A stretch of DNA of 64,000 bases from an uncultured Gemmatimonadales bacterium (GCA_963798085.1 CAWCRS010000002.1:1-64000); one strand, 5' to 3'; shown: positions 6,886 through 19,447, numbered from the stretch's first letter. The notes: a model not told the origin generated them from the sequence alone. Made by a program: numbers and translations.

Positions 6886-8275
6886 CCGCGGCCGGCAGTT
6901 CACCATGTACGGCTTCAACGGCCAGGTGCCGGGGCCGCTCATCCGTGTGCCGCAGAACGCCACCATAACCGTGCGTTATCACAACGCGATCGACCTGCCC
7001 AGCACCGTGCACTGGCACGGTGTGCGCCTGGACAATCATTCCGACGGCGTGCCTGGCATCACGCAGCCCGAGGTGGCGCCGGGCGGCGATTTCGTCTACC
7101 GCGTGCATTTCCCCGATGCGGGCGTGTACTGGTATCACCCGCACGTGCGCGAGGACATCGAGCAGGCCATGGGCCTGTTCGGCAACATGCTGGTGGATTC
7201 GCCCGATCCCGCGTACTACGCGCCGGCCAACCGCGAGGAAGTGCTCACCCTCAATGACCTGCTGATCAACGGCGACACGCTCATTCCGTTCGGCCGGGAA
7301 GGCCCCGACTTCGCGCTCATGGGCCGAGTCGGCAATGTACTGTTAGTGAACGGTGAGCCGGGCTACGCGCTGCGCGTGCAGCAGGGGGCGGTGGTGCGCT
7401 TCCACCTGACCAATGTGTCCAGCTCGCGCACCTGGAACCTCTCCTTCAGCGGCGCACCCATCAAGGTGCTGGCGTCCGACGTCTCCCGCTTCGAGCGCGA
7501 GGAACGCGTGCCCGGCATCGTGCTGGCGCCCGCCGAGCGCTACGTGGTGGATGTGCGCTTCGACAAACCCGGCCGCTTCGCCCTGGTGAACGCCATCCAG
7601 GCCATCAACCACTTCCGCGGCGAGTTCGAGCCGGAAGTCGACACGCTGGGCACCGTCACGGTCGAGCCCGCGCCCGCCTCACCCGACTACGCCCGCCAGT
7701 TCAACACGCTGCGCGCGAACACCGACGTTACCCGCGACATCGACCGCTACCGCAAATACTTCGACAAGCCGCCCGACAAGAAGCTGACGCTGACCCTCCG
7801 GACCACCGGACTGCCACTGCTGACCATCCAGTTCATGAGCATCGACACGGCCTACTTCGCGCCCGTGGAATGGGTGGACGGCATGCCCGACATGAACTGG
7901 CTGTCCACCAGCAGTCAGGTGCACTGGATCCTGCGTGATGACGAAACGGGCAGGGAGAACATGGACATCGACTGGCACGTGCCGGCCGGCTCCGTGATCA
8001 AGCTCCGCCTCTTCAACGACCCGCGCTCCTTCCATCCCATGCAGCATCCCATTCACCTGCACGGACAGCGCATGCTGGTGGTGTCACGCGATGGCGTGCC
8101 CACGCAGAACCTGGTGTGGAAGGACACCGTGCTCATCCCCGTGGGCTCCACCGTGGATCTGCTGATCGACGCCTCCAATCCGGGCGCCTGGATGCTGCAC
8201 TGCCACATCGCGGAGCACCTGCAGTCCGGCATGATGACCGTGTTGCACGTGGACGGCCCCGGCCCCGGCCGGTAG
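6886..8275 (+). CDS. Multicopper oxidase (5'-truncated)
   Basis: HWHG, YWYHPH, HPIHLHG and HCHIAEH copper-binding motifs; no signal peptide or native start present. Confidence 0.92.
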
Positions 8276-8301
8276 CACAACTGGCGGATGAAGGCGACGA
8301 T

Positions 8302-9507
8302 TCAGTGTCGGGGGACCGGCGAGTAGCCCACGCCGTCGGACCACGTCCCGGTCTGTCCATAACCGACGATTACGCCCCGCTCCACATCGACAATCGCGAG
8401 GCGGTTGCGGCCCTGCAGTGTGACGAAGGCCCAGCGGCCGTCGTGCGAAACGGCGACGCCCTCGGGCGACGGCGAGCCCGGCACTTCGGCCGTCGTGACC
8501 AGGCTGTCACGGGCAACGGTGATCGTCGCGCGGGCGCGCCGCGTGGCGACGTCGTACAGACGGATCTCGCCCTTGACCGGATCCGAGATGACGGCGCGCC
8601 GGCCATCGCCGGAAATGCCAATGCGGTAGGGCAGACCGAAGCCGCGCAGCGTGTCGGCGGGAAGGCCGGTGCGCAGATTCACGATGACAACGACGCTGTC
8701 CTGGTTGCTGCCGGCCCACGCTTCGCGCCCATCCGGTGTGATGGCGATGCCCTCGGGCTGCCGCGCCACGCGGATCACGACCGGCTCCGTCGTCCCCAGC
8801 GGTTCGAGTGATGATATCGTGTTATCCGCGATGTTCGACGTGACCATCCGGTCGCCTGCCGCGGAGAGGCCGAGCATGTGCGTGGTGCGCCCGTTCGTGG
8901 GCACCGCGCGGATGACGTGGCCAGAGCGGAAATCCAGCAGCAGCACAGCATGACTGACCTCGGACGTGACCGCGACGAGGGTATCGCCCGGGAAGAACGC
9001 CATGCCGTGCGGCCTGCGGTATTCGCCCAGGTCGATCGTGCGCGTCACCTCGAGGCGGGCAATGTCGATCACCGTGATGCTGCTGCCCCCCTGTTCACGC
9101 GTGCCGTAATTGCTGACCAGGGCCCAGCGCCCGTCGCGCGAGATCGTCACTTCGTGCGGGCCCTGTCCCGTGGGCAGCGTCGCCAGCACACGGCCGGTCG
9201 CGGCCTCCAGCACGGTCGCCGTGTGGTCGCGCATGTTGCTCACCACGACCGTGCCGGGCGGACCGGGCGATTGCGGCCCTTCCCGTAACCCGCCTTCCGC
9301 CGTCAGCAGTGCCATGCCGGCCAGCAGCGCCACGCTTCGGGCCCTGCGCCAGCGCCGGCGCAGTGCCGCTGCGGATGCCGGCGCAATCGCGACCGGCCCT
9401 GCACGCAACATCCTGCCGTCTGCGGCCGCGAGCGCGTCACGCGAGACTCGACGGAACCGCCGTGCAGCGGATCGCGGCGCGTGTGTTTCACTGTGTGGTT
9501 GCCTCAT
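8302..9507 (-). CDS. YncE/YVTN-type beta-propeller protein (true start probably further downstream)
   Basis: Repeats GPHEVTISRDGR, PEGIAITPDGR, PEGVAVSHDGR. Confidence 0.8.
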   Translation of the reverse strand: MRQPHSETHAPRSAARRFRRVSRDALAAADGRMLRAGPVAIAPASAAALRRRWRRARSVALLAGMALLTAEGGLREGPQSPGPPGTVVVSNMRDHTATVLEAATGRVLATLPTGQGPHEVTISRDGRWALVSNYGTREQGGSSITVIDIARLEVTRTIDLGEYRRPHGMAFFPGDTLVAVTSEVSHAVLLLDFRSGHVIRAVPTNGRTTHMLGLSAAGDRMVTSNIADNTISSLEPLGTTEPVVIRVARQPEGIAITPDGREAWAGSNQDSVVVIVNLRTGLPADTLRGFGLPYRIGISGDGRRAVISDPVKGEIRLYDVATRRARATITVARDSLVTTAEVPGSPSPEGVAVSHDGRWAFVTLQGRNRLAIVDVERGVIVGYGQTGTWSDGVGYSPVPRH

Positions 9508-9684
9508 GGACTCAAACTGATGCGTCGCGTCGCTCCGCGCGAGTCAGCGGTGATGATGCGATGCGCTGACCGGACCAGCACCATGGCGCCGGGATGGATG
9601 CAGATCCGCCTGCCGCACAGGGGAGTTCGGCCGGTCGCATCCAGCAATCGGTGATCCAACCTGCAATCGCACATCCGGCCGGTA

Positions 9685-10188
9685 TTCCTGCGGACCGTCG
9701 CCGCACTCGAAGTTCACATGATCGCGGAGCACCTGACCGGGTTCGGGCCTGCCGTGAGCCGGCTCTGCGACATCAGCTGGACGGAACGATCGTTTCTTCT
9801 GGTCTTCACCTTCACCGGCCCCATTCTGTATGCGCTCACGGCGCTCGGGCTCTACTACCACGTGCCCATTGCCGGCTTCCTCGCGTGGTTCATCTTCATT
9901 GGCCCCGGCATGGCGGAATTCACGCACTTCATCTTTCCGCTGCTCCAGCCCGCCATCGCGCCGCATGTGCAGGGCACACTGTCGCAGGTGGTGTCTAACT
10001 GGCGGTTAGAGGCAGACATGCACAACTGCTGGATCGGCGCCACCGGGAGATCCTGCTTCCCGGGCCTGTATACGGCGGTGCTGCCCGTGATCCCCGGCCG
10101 CGAACAGCGGCTCGATTGCAACCGGAATGGCGGTGCCGAGGCAGAACCCCGGCGCGCGCTCCACGCCCATGTAAGCGTGACCCGGTGA
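9685..10188 (+). pseudogene. HXXEE-domain membrane protein, degenerate or partial
   Basis: ALEVHMIAEHLTGF, several TM segments and FPGLYTA; ends ill-defined. Confidence 0.5.
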
Positions 10189-10302
10189 CCGAGCCAGACC
10201 AGACGTCGCACCGCTGCGCCAGCGATCTGCGACCGCCCCGCACCCTTGCGGATTTGTCACCCGGCGGGTGACGGGGCGGCCGCGCTGTCCGCGGCGGGTC
10301 GC

Positions 10303-11136
10303 TCAGGTCCGCTGCGCCGCTGGTAGGCGATCGATCAGCTGCTGCGACTTCTCGCCAACCGGACCGGCCCTGCTCGCGTCCTGCGAGTAGCGCAACGACC
10401 CGGGCGTCGTCAGAAGCTCGCCGGTCTCCAGCAGCGTCTTGAGGCCGGAGAGCAGCATGGGCCAGCCGCCGTAGAGCTGCGGATTCGCGCCCTCACGCAG
10501 CTGGTCGTGCGTCACCGTCAACCGGCAGGAATCGCCCACCGGCTCGATCTCCCATGTGATGCGCGACGGCCCCTCGCTCTTCACGTCCTCGCCCCAGAGT
10601 GCCACCATCGTCTGCACCAGCCGCCGCGGCGGATCCACCTCCAGATTCTCACCCTCGCCCAGCTGCACGGATCCGTCCCGCGCGCCCATGCGGAAGCGCG
10701 AGCCCGGCTTCCAGTCCGACTCGATCGAGGCGCCGAAATTGTACTTCGCCCGCATCTCGGGATTCGTGATCGCCTGCCACAGGCGCTCGGGCGTCGTCTT
10801 GATGTAGATCTCGTAGACCTTCTCCATCGTCCTGTCCTCCAATTGGTGTTTGAGGTCGCTCAACGCCGACGTCCAGGGTTCCGCGTACTTGCTCACCCAG
10901 CGGTCATGGACCAGCTGGATCGGGACAGGGTTCAGGAAGTGCAGCTTCTCACGCCCTCGCCGCCGCGTCACAACCAGGCCCGCCTCCTCCAGCACCCGCA
11001 GGTGCTTCATCACGCCGAACCGCGTCATGGTCAGCCGCCGCTCGAGTGCGCTCAGCGTCTGGCCATCCTCGCGGAACAGCTCATCGAGCAGGCTGCGTCG
11101 TGTGGGGTCGGCGAGTGCCCTGAAGACCTTGTCCAT
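10303..11136 (-). CDS. ArsR-family regulator fused to SRPBCC/AHSA1 domain
   Basis: MDKVFRALADPTRRSLL...KHLRVLEEAGLV, then YIKTTPERLWQAIT...GGWPMLLSGLKTLLETG. Confidence 0.92.
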   Translation of the reverse strand: MDKVFRALADPTRRSLLDELFREDGQTLSALERRLTMTRFGVMKHLRVLEEAGLVVTRRRGREKLHFLNPVPIQLVHDRWVSKYAEPWTSALSDLKHQLEDRTMEKVYEIYIKTTPERLWQAITNPEMRAKYNFGASIESDWKPGSRFRMGARDGSVQLGEGENLEVDPPRRLVQTMVALWGEDVKSEGPSRITWEIEPVGDSCRLTVTHDQLREGANPQLYGGWPMLLSGLKTLLETGELLTTPGSLRYSQDASRAGPVGEKSQQLIDRLPAAQRT

Positions 11137-11143
11137 GGCGGGT

Positions 11144-11173
11144 ATTATATGTGACCGTTTGGTCACATGTCAA
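11144..11173 (-). promoter_or_regulatory. Consensus sigma70 promoter with palindromic operator
   Basis: Minus strand TTGACA-N18-TATAAT; palindrome ATGTGACC-N4-GGTCACAT at 11149-11168. Confidence 0.85.
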
Positions 11174-11208
11174 GCCCGGCAACGACCGGCGGGGTCTCTT
11201 CCGAACGA

Positions 11209-11235
11209 AAGGGCCCGCCGCGGTGGCGGGCCCTT
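11209..11235. terminator. GC-rich hairpin downstream of the SBP56-like gene
   Basis: AAGGGCCCGCC-loop-GGCGGGCCCTT; short T-run follows on the minus strand. Confidence 0.6.
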
Positions 11236-11302
11236 CCGCGCTTCAGGGCGGCAGCGGGCAGCGCGCGGCTAACGCAATGTTCGCTGACCGCGTCGCGCCG
11301 GG

Positions 11303-12642
11303 CTACTTCATGCCGATGCCGTGCGGGCGCGCCGGGCCCGTGGCAAACGCGGTGTTGAAGTCGATGATGTGGAAGTTGGGCGCTACGCTCAGGCCGTCAT
11401 CGCTCACGTCGAGGACGCGCACCATGTGGTCGCCTTCGAAATGGATCTTGCCGAAGTCATCCTCGTTGAGGAAGTAGTCGGTCACGACGAGGCGGCGGTC
11501 GTCGTGTGTGAGGTGAATCGAATGCGGCCCCGCGTTGAGTCCGAAGCTCACGACCGAGACCTGTTTGAACTGCGTCCGGTTCGTGATGTCGAGCATGCCC
11601 ACCTGGCCCGCCTGGAACGAGGAGAAGATGAGACGCCGCCCGCTGCGCGGCATGGCCAGCAGCTGCACCATGCCGCCGGGCACCGGTACTTCGACGTGCG
11701 GCACGATGTCCTCGCAGTCGAACGACTGCACGAAGCTGCCGTCCGTGGGATCGACGGTGTAGACCAGGCCCGTGAACATGTTCGCCGTGACCGCGCGGCC
11801 GTGCGGGTCGCCCGGGATCAGCTTCACGTCCATGGTGCCGGCATTGTCGGGCAGGAACACGCTGCGCGTGATGCGGCGCTCGCGCAGGTTCCAGAAGCGG
11901 AGCGAGCTGCGCAGCTCCAGCGGGCCGCTCCAGACGTTGAGCGTGGTCACCGGATTCATGTAGTCGCTGGTGACCAGCATGTTGCGCGTGAAGTCGGCAT
12001 CGATGCCGTGCGGATTGAACTGGCCGTCATCGGGCGAGTGCCGCGGGTACTCGCTCGACGAGTTTGAGGTTCCGGTCGAATTCGACGACGCGTCCGCCCG
12101 GCCCTCCGCTCGCCGAGCCCATGTTCGTGACCAGGAATCCGCCTTCCGGCAGCGGCAGGAAGTCATCGGTTATGCTGGAGTTAGGCGCGTGGGTCGAGAA
12201 CATGAACTTCGGATGCCGTGCATCCGTGATGTCGAAGAAGAAGATGTCGTTCTGGCCCTTGAGCACGCTGAGGAGCCCGCCGCACGCCAGCATCTTCTGG
12301 TCCCGCGGACGTGTGGCAGTGGTGCGGCTCGTTGCCGATGTTGCCGGGCGGCGGGACGGGCACGGTGCCGAGCACCTTGCCGTAGGTCTTCGAGTGCCGG
12401 TCGAAATCGATGACCGCGAGGAAGTCGGGCGAAGTGTGGGCCTGATTGCTGGCCCAGACATACAGCGTGGTGGCCTCGTCGTGCCAGCCGCCATGCGCTT
12501 CGCCGCCGCCGCCCACGCGATCCGCGGCAATACCGGTGGTGGACGACGTCACATCGTCGCCCCGATCACAGCTTCCGATGGCCGCTGCCGTGCCCAGTGC
12601 CGCCAGGAGTAGAGCCAGCCGAACCCGCGAATCCGTACGCAT
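11303..12642 (-). CDS. Selenium-binding protein (SBP56)/methanethiol-oxidase-like protein, frameshifted
   Basis: PDFLAVIDFD..S.TYGKV, GNEPHH, NPHGI and GPARPHG motifs across three frames; lipoprotein-like signal (AIGSC). Confidence 0.78.
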
Positions 12643-12717
12643 ACGACCTCGAGGTGAGAGACGTGCCGATTCTGCCTGACATGTCTCTGCGAAGTTTCCG
12701 GGCGGGGGTGGACATTG
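12639..12717. repeat. 79-bp direct repeat, copy 1
   Basis: GCATACGACCTCGAGG...GGTGGACATTG, identical to 19204-19282. Confidence 0.95.
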
Positions 12718-13350
12718 GCCGGCCTTCGCAGGGAGGGGTACCGGCTTGCAGGCCTTCCCGGGCCTATCGACGCATGGCCCCGGGGAACGCCAGGTTGCCT
12801 ACCGGGGATCTGGCCTGCGCGAGTTCAAACGAGGCCGCTCGGACTGCCGTTCCGAAGCAGAAGCCGTGCGACGTGCACTTTCATACAACCAACGGCACGC
12901 GCAGGTCGATCGCCCAATGTCATGTCGGCGCTTGATCCCTCCCTCAATTGGTACGAGCTGGATGGACCCTGGTAGCTGTTGAGCTTGTCAGACACACAAC
13001 ATATGTTCCTGAGGCATGCCGCAGATTTTTCGAGTAACCGGCGCCCACATCGTTTGACGCATCCGTCACTAACCGGCTCATTGAGCGAAGGCGCCTACCG
13101 AACCCGGCTTTAGCAGGTCATGTACAATTCTACCACAGATTTGGGCGAATCCGCTCGAGGTGACACTTGAGCTCTCGACCGCACTCCGCCCGCAGCCTCG
13201 AGGACCTGAAGCGAATTGCCCAACAGCACGAAGATGATGCCCACCGTGCTCCGTGAGCTGCATTCCGAGTTGTCTCACCGCTATACGTACGCCGCGCGTC
13301 ATCTTCGGCAGACGATTTCAGATCAGCTCGAGAAGCTCGGGGCGCCCGCA

Positions 13351-16300
13351 ATGATACCCGACCAACATCTGATCGCCCCTGACAGCCGTTCCCATGGCGT
13401 AGACGAACCAGGGGCCTTTGGAATCAGTGGGCCGGAAGACATCAAGCTCCTAGATGTCCTCAAGCGCATGCGCGAGCGCCTTCTTGACCTCACCGGGCGC
13501 AATGCTTTGTTGAACTACCGGCATCCGCGGACCGAATGCGTCCGAATGATCGACGAAGTCCCCGCGCAAGTTCTCGATAGGCTGCTGACCCAGGGGCCCA
13601 TGAGCATTGTGCCCCTCAATGGGCCCGATACCTCCATCGAAGACCGGCCGACCGAGCAATTGGCAGGTGAGACGGATGCCGGGGAATCTTGGCACGAGGC
13701 GGCGACCGAGAGCAGGGAAGAGGCGGCGCGTCGGAGGCGGCACGCGGAACGCCACGCGAGACAGGCAAAGCTCGAGGCGAGGCGTCGAGCGGTCGCCGAA
13801 CGCATGGGTCTGAACGCTTCCTTCGACCTCCCCGCAACCGCGCACACTAATGCGGTCGTGCACAACGACGCCCAGCTCCAAACACTCCTGTTTACGAATG
13901 AACTCGAAAAGCTCTTGCGCACACTATATCGCGACAGCACCACGGCAATTCAAGAGACTGGCGCCAACATGCTGCATCTAATGTTCGGGTTTGTCGAGTG
14001 GCGCGACGTTGGCAATGACGTTACTCAAGGCAACATGCGGCTTGCCCCACTAGTACTTCTACCTGTTGTTTTGACTCGAACGGAAGTAGACCTGCGGACG
14101 CGGACATATCGATACACCGTGCAGCCCACGGGCGAGGACTGGGACACAAACGTAACGCTTCAAGTGAAATGCAAGAAGGACTTTGGCTTCGACATTGCAT
14201 CGATACATCCGGAAGAGGACGACAACCTTGAAACATACTTCTCCAGAGTGGAGCGTCAACTGACTCAGGCGGACGGGTGGAAGCTCTGTCGGTATATCTC
14301 CCTCGGACTGGTGTCATTTGGAAAGATTCTAATGTGGCGAGATCTGGATCCCACTACGTGGCCAGTGAATACGCCCTTGCTTGGCAACAGCCTCCTGAGG
14401 GAGATACTGGGCGAGGTAAATGAGAATCAAGCTCCGGGCGATCCGATTGTTGAACCCTATCCGCTCAATGATCTTCCCGAAGACTTGCTCCCGCCTCCCG
14501 TGATAGTGATGGACGCGGATAGTTCGCAACACAGCGTCTTGATCAATGTGAGGAAGGGTAAGAACCTCGTTGTCCAAGGCCCCCCGGGCACAGGGAAGTC
14601 ACAGACGATCACGAACCTCATCGGAACCGCGCTTTCAGAGGGCAAGAAGGTACTCTTTGTCGCTGAGAAGAAGGCGGCGCTCAATGTGGTTCACAAGCGG
14701 CTAACCAATGCTGACCTCGGCCCCTTCTGTCTGGCGCTGCATAGCCATACATCGCAGAAGCGGCAGTTCCTCGACGACCTAATGGCGCGTTTGAGTTTAC
14801 GAGGATCAGGCCACCAGCCACGCGACGTTGGGCAGATTCGTTCGATCGCTGAAGAGGCGCGGACGTCGCTGCAGGAGCACGTTGCACGCCTGCATACTCC
14901 CATTGGTGCTCTGAGGCGTACGCCTTTCGAGATCCTCTGGCGTTCCCGCCGACTTGCTGCTGCGGTCGGTGATGAATGTCACACAGGCGCTCAAGGACTA
15001 CGCTGTTGCGGACGCGCTGAGTCTTGATGCTGCCAGTATCGTTCGCAGACGCGTCAACATCGATCGCTTTGCGGCCGAGGTGGCTGTCGTTCGCGGCCAA
15101 GCGACCGACATTGCGCAGCATGCCTGGGCAGGCGTCCACTGTGATGCGGTTGGATTCGAGGGATCGTAGAGCGGCTCCTCGAGCTGGCACGCGCATGGCA
15201 TTCAAGCATACAAGCCCTCAAATACGAGAAACGCAGACTCGAGGAAAGAACTGAATCCTCGCTTCCCCCGCACCCACATCGCCTGCAGCCGATTGTGACG
15301 GCTGCCGCAAGCGTGCAGGCACCGGACCCTTCAATGCCAACACACTTGCCCCGGACAATCTTGCAAGGCTCGCTGGAGCCCGTCGTGCGCCGCGCGATTG
15401 CCATTGTCGAAAAGTCTCGGCAGCTTTGGACTGCAGTGCCGGGTAACTGGGGAGTGCGCGGCAATCTCAAGCCAGAGCAGGTCGATCAAATTGAGACGCT
15501 CTTGGAAGATGCGTCTGAAATGTTTGGCTCGTCGCTAAGTCCAGCCCGTGCGATAGCATTGCGCATCCGGATCCAAGAGGTGTCGGAACTGTGTGATCGC
15601 GCAATGAGTCTGTTTCGCACGCTGGCCAATACACTTGATCTCACACTTGTTGCGACGGCTGAGTCGGTAGGGCGATTCGTTGACATCGTCGATTCGCTCT
15701 CCACTGTTGACGACGCAGCCCTCGCTCTCCGTTCAGCCGCGCTCTCCAGCCCAGAAGCTCCCCAAGTTCTGGAGGAACTCTCACATCGTGCAGAGGAGCT
15801 GCGGAAACAGGTTGGAGCGTTCGATCAAAAGTACGCTCGAAGCGTGCGGCCCGGCGTCGATGAGCTTCGCCAGCATGTTTGGGCTATGGCGACGGCGCCA
15901 CGATTCCTTCCTTCGCTTTTCTCGCGGGGCTACAGAAACGCAAGGGCTGCCTACCGTGTCATGACGGCACAAGCGGTTGACCGCCCGGAGATGGAGACCG
16001 GGTTTCGTCAATTGGTCGAACACACGACCGAGGTTACCGAGTTCGAGAATGCCAACCGTCTTGGCCAGTTTTTTGGGGCGGCCGCCTCCGGTCTGCGCAG
16101 CCCGTTTGGCAAGGCCAAGGAACTCCTTCGTTGGCGCTCTCGTGTCATGAAGCTCTGCCGCGGGCTAGAAGACGACGGACGGATCCTCGAAGGAGCTCTC
16201 TGGACCGGCCGGTCTGAAGGCTGGCGCGAGGCCGAGGCACGACTTCGCGACTCTAATGCAGTTGGAGCGTGCACAGGCCTTAAGTCTGCATTGTCGGGAA

Positions 16301-18692
16301 TCCAAGGCGCCTTGGCAAATCGCGAAGTGTTGAACCTCGCAATGCCCCTGCCAACAATTCTCCAGCTTTTGTCAGCAGCCACGGCAGTGCTGGACAACGT
16401 GATCGCCGCTTTCAACAGTGCTGGCGCCGAAACGGCGCGGACGTCGGTTGAGGAGTTGCGCCATCGCGTCCGACTGGTTCAGGACGCATGGGGCGCCGAC
16501 GCTGACCTTGAGCAATATCGATCGGCTCTCAAGACACTGGGGGTTTCTCTCGACGGAGGGTCAACTGATCTTTCGCCATTGCTGCATGCACTCCGCTTTC
16601 TCACCGTCCTAAACGCGGCGGGACTCCCCGGAATGACTTGAGAGACTGGATCGTCCAGTCGGACCCGGCAGCGAGACTCTCCACTATCCAGACACATGCC
16701 TACGCGCTTGCTGAGCAACTGGAAACTGAGCGGACTGCTCGGGACCACTTTCGTACCAAGGCAATGTTGCAAGAAACGGCGTGGCTTTCGGCAGTGCCCG
16801 GAGCCGTGGCAGTTAGAACCCTTGAGGACGCCGATATCGACGCACTCCTCGTCCGTGTCGATCATGCGATAAGAGCGCCGGAGACGCTCCATGCTTGGGC
16901 ATCCTACCTCGCCCGCCGTTCAGAAGCGGTGCGGGCCGGGCTCGAATCCTTTTGCGCGCTCGTCGAGACCGGAGACGTTCCGTCACAAGTTGCTGCGGAC
17001 GCCTACGAGGCGGCCGTTTTTCGTTCCCTTTCGGAGGAAGTTCTTCGCCGCGATCGACAAGGCCTCGGGGCATTTTCTGGCCCCGCACATGAACAGACAC
17101 GGCGGATCTATCAGCAATACGATCACAAATTGATAGAGTGTGTCCGAGCAGAAATCACATATCAGCTTCTCCGCACGACGCCCCAATTTGGTGTTGGATA
17201 CGGGCGCGTTGCCGAGCTAACGGGTGAGGCGCTGATCAGGCACGAGGCGGAGAAAACGCGACGTCACATCGCAATTAGGGAAGTATTCCGTCGAGCCGGC
17301 AGGGCGATCTTGTCGCTGAAGCCGTGCTTCCTCATGGGACCACAGGCTGTTGCTCAGTATCTTGCGCCGGGTGTTTTCCAATTTGACCTGATTGTGATGG
17401 ACGAAGCTTCACAAATGAGGCCCGAAGACGCACTCGGTGCTATCGTCCGTGGCAATCAACTCGTTGTTGTCGGCGATCCGAAACAGTTGGGACCAACCCG
17501 TTTCTTCGATCGCGTCGATGACGACGAAGACGAGTTCAATGAAGCGATTGCCCAGGTGGGCACTCTATCACGCGAAGCCACAGCGTCCAACTCAGGATTG
17601 GAGCAGCCCGCTGGTGCCTCAGTCCTTGAACGGTCGGAGAGCATCCTGCACGCGGCTGCCGCGCGTTATCCAACGCGCGTGCTACGCTGGCACTATCGCT
17701 CGCGGCACCCGAAACTCATTGCGTTTTCGAACAGAGAATTCTATGGAGAGAAGCTCATTCTCTTCCCGACTGTGAATAGCACGCCGGGCATTGAGCGGGG
17801 TGTACTTCCACAGGGTTGAAGACGGCCGTTACGAGCCCCGGGCGAGAAGGAACCTGCATGAGGCACGCGCCGTACTCGACGCCGTCAGAACTCACGCCCG
17901 TGTTCAACCGGGCCGCTCCCTGATGATCGCGACACTAAACTCGGTTCAGGCTGAATTGATCGACGAGCTGATTGAGGACGCAGAGAAGGACGATATGGAT
18001 CTTCAGGCGTTCAGAAAACGATACGCGCATAGTCTCGAGCCTCTGGCCGTGAAAAACCTTGAGAACGTGCAAGGCGACGAGCGCGACGCAATCATCGTGT
18101 CCGTTACATTCGGGCGCACGCATGATGGGCGTCTTCCTCAGACTTTCGGTCCGGTTAACGCGTGGGGTGGAGGACGTCGTCTCAACGTGCTGTTCACGCG
18201 GGCGAAATACAGGCTTGACGTGTTCTGCTCATTCGATCCATCTGACTTGCGGGTAGCTGCACGATGGTCCGCGCGGACTTCAGGTCTTCAGAGATTACTT
18301 GAATGTATGCCGCGGGAAACGACTGGGCATTGGGCCGAGAGACTGGCCGCCCACCAGACTCCGATTTTGAGGTGGCAGTTGCGGCCGCTCTTGAAGCGCG
18401 CGGCTATAATGTGCGCTGTCAGATCGGTGTAGCAGGATACTTTATCGACCTCGGAATAGTCCATCCACATCACCAGGGCCAGTTCATACTGGGTATAGAA
18501 TGTGACGGCGCGAGCTATCACAGTTCCAAGTCGACGCGGGACCGCGACCGGCTTCGTGAGGAGGTGCTGGTACGGGACTATGGCTGGAGAATCTTTCGGG
18601 TCTGGTCCACCGACTGGTTCCGCGACCCAATGGAGCAAGCAGCCCGAGTTGCAAGCGTGGTGGAGCAGGCCAGTGGCAAGCAATGCCAGTGA
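13351..18692 (+). CDS. DUF4011 / SF1 helicase / Vsr-like nuclease protein (Hhe-like), several frameshifts
   Basis: RLLDLTGRNALLNY (DUF4011), DADSSQ, QGPPGTGKSQTITNLI, DEASQ, GDPKQLGP, WHYRS, ENVQGDERD, RRLNVLFTRA; C-terminal SDFE...IDLGI...GIECDG...DRDRLR..VL...GWRIFRVWSTDW. Confidence 0.88.
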
Positions 18693-19033
18693 GCGAACGA
18701 CTGCGCGCATCATCTGAAACGGCCCCCGGATCGGCGCCTGTGATTGGCTCGACCCGCTCATGGCGCATCCAGACGCAGTCAAAACGCGAAAACCCCGGCC
18801 TGACTCGCCGAGCTCTGAACGTCTGAACTGCGAAACAAATCACGTCGTTCAGCGCCAACAAGGCGGTAGAGACTTCAAGTCGTAGAGAAGGGGTGGTGGC
18901 GCCGCATGTCGCCACCACCTCCAAAGCTGGTAATCCGCTGCTGCTGCGCTGCGTGCGCAAGACGGGACTTCTCAGGCGTCGGCCAGACAAGACTCGCTAT
19001 AGGTTGTCTTGGGGCCACCGTCAGCCTCCCTCT

Positions 19034-19207
19034 TTACCGGCCCACCGCATTGATCATGTCGAAGATCGGCAGGTACATGGCCACGATCATGCCGCCGACG
19101 ATCACGCCCAGGAACACGATCATCGAGATGGGCTCGAGGGCAGACAGCAGGGCCTGCACCGCCGCGTCCACTTCTTCGTCGTAGAAGCCGGCGATCTTGG
19201 TCAGCAT
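19034..19207 (-). pseudogene. Duplicated pilC 3' fragment (57 codons, open)
   Basis: [26 protein letters not shown]...[14 protein letters not shown], a diverged copy of 20569-20740. Confidence 0.9.
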
Positions 19208-19282
19208 ACGACCTCGAGGTGAGAGACGTGCCGATTCTGCCTGACATGTCTCTGCGAAGTTTCCGGGCGGGGGTGGACATTG
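19204..19282. repeat. 79-bp direct repeat, copy 2
   Basis: Identical to 12639-12717. Confidence 0.95.
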
Positions 19283-19447
19283 CCCGCTTGCGCGAGGCTC
19301 GTGTTACGCGTGGGGCGGTCGTTCCGGCGCGGTCGCCGAGGACGCCGGGCGAGCCTGAAGATCACGCTCCGCCGGGCGCGCTACGCCTGGCGCCCGCCGT
19401 GGACGCAGCGTCACACGGCGGGCCTTGTCAGGCGAGGCACTGTGCGG

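Noticed and set aside
6653..7144. 163-aa ORF as a novel fusion protein
   Set aside because: It is the transposase C-terminus joined to antisense oxidase sequence across the 6885 junction.
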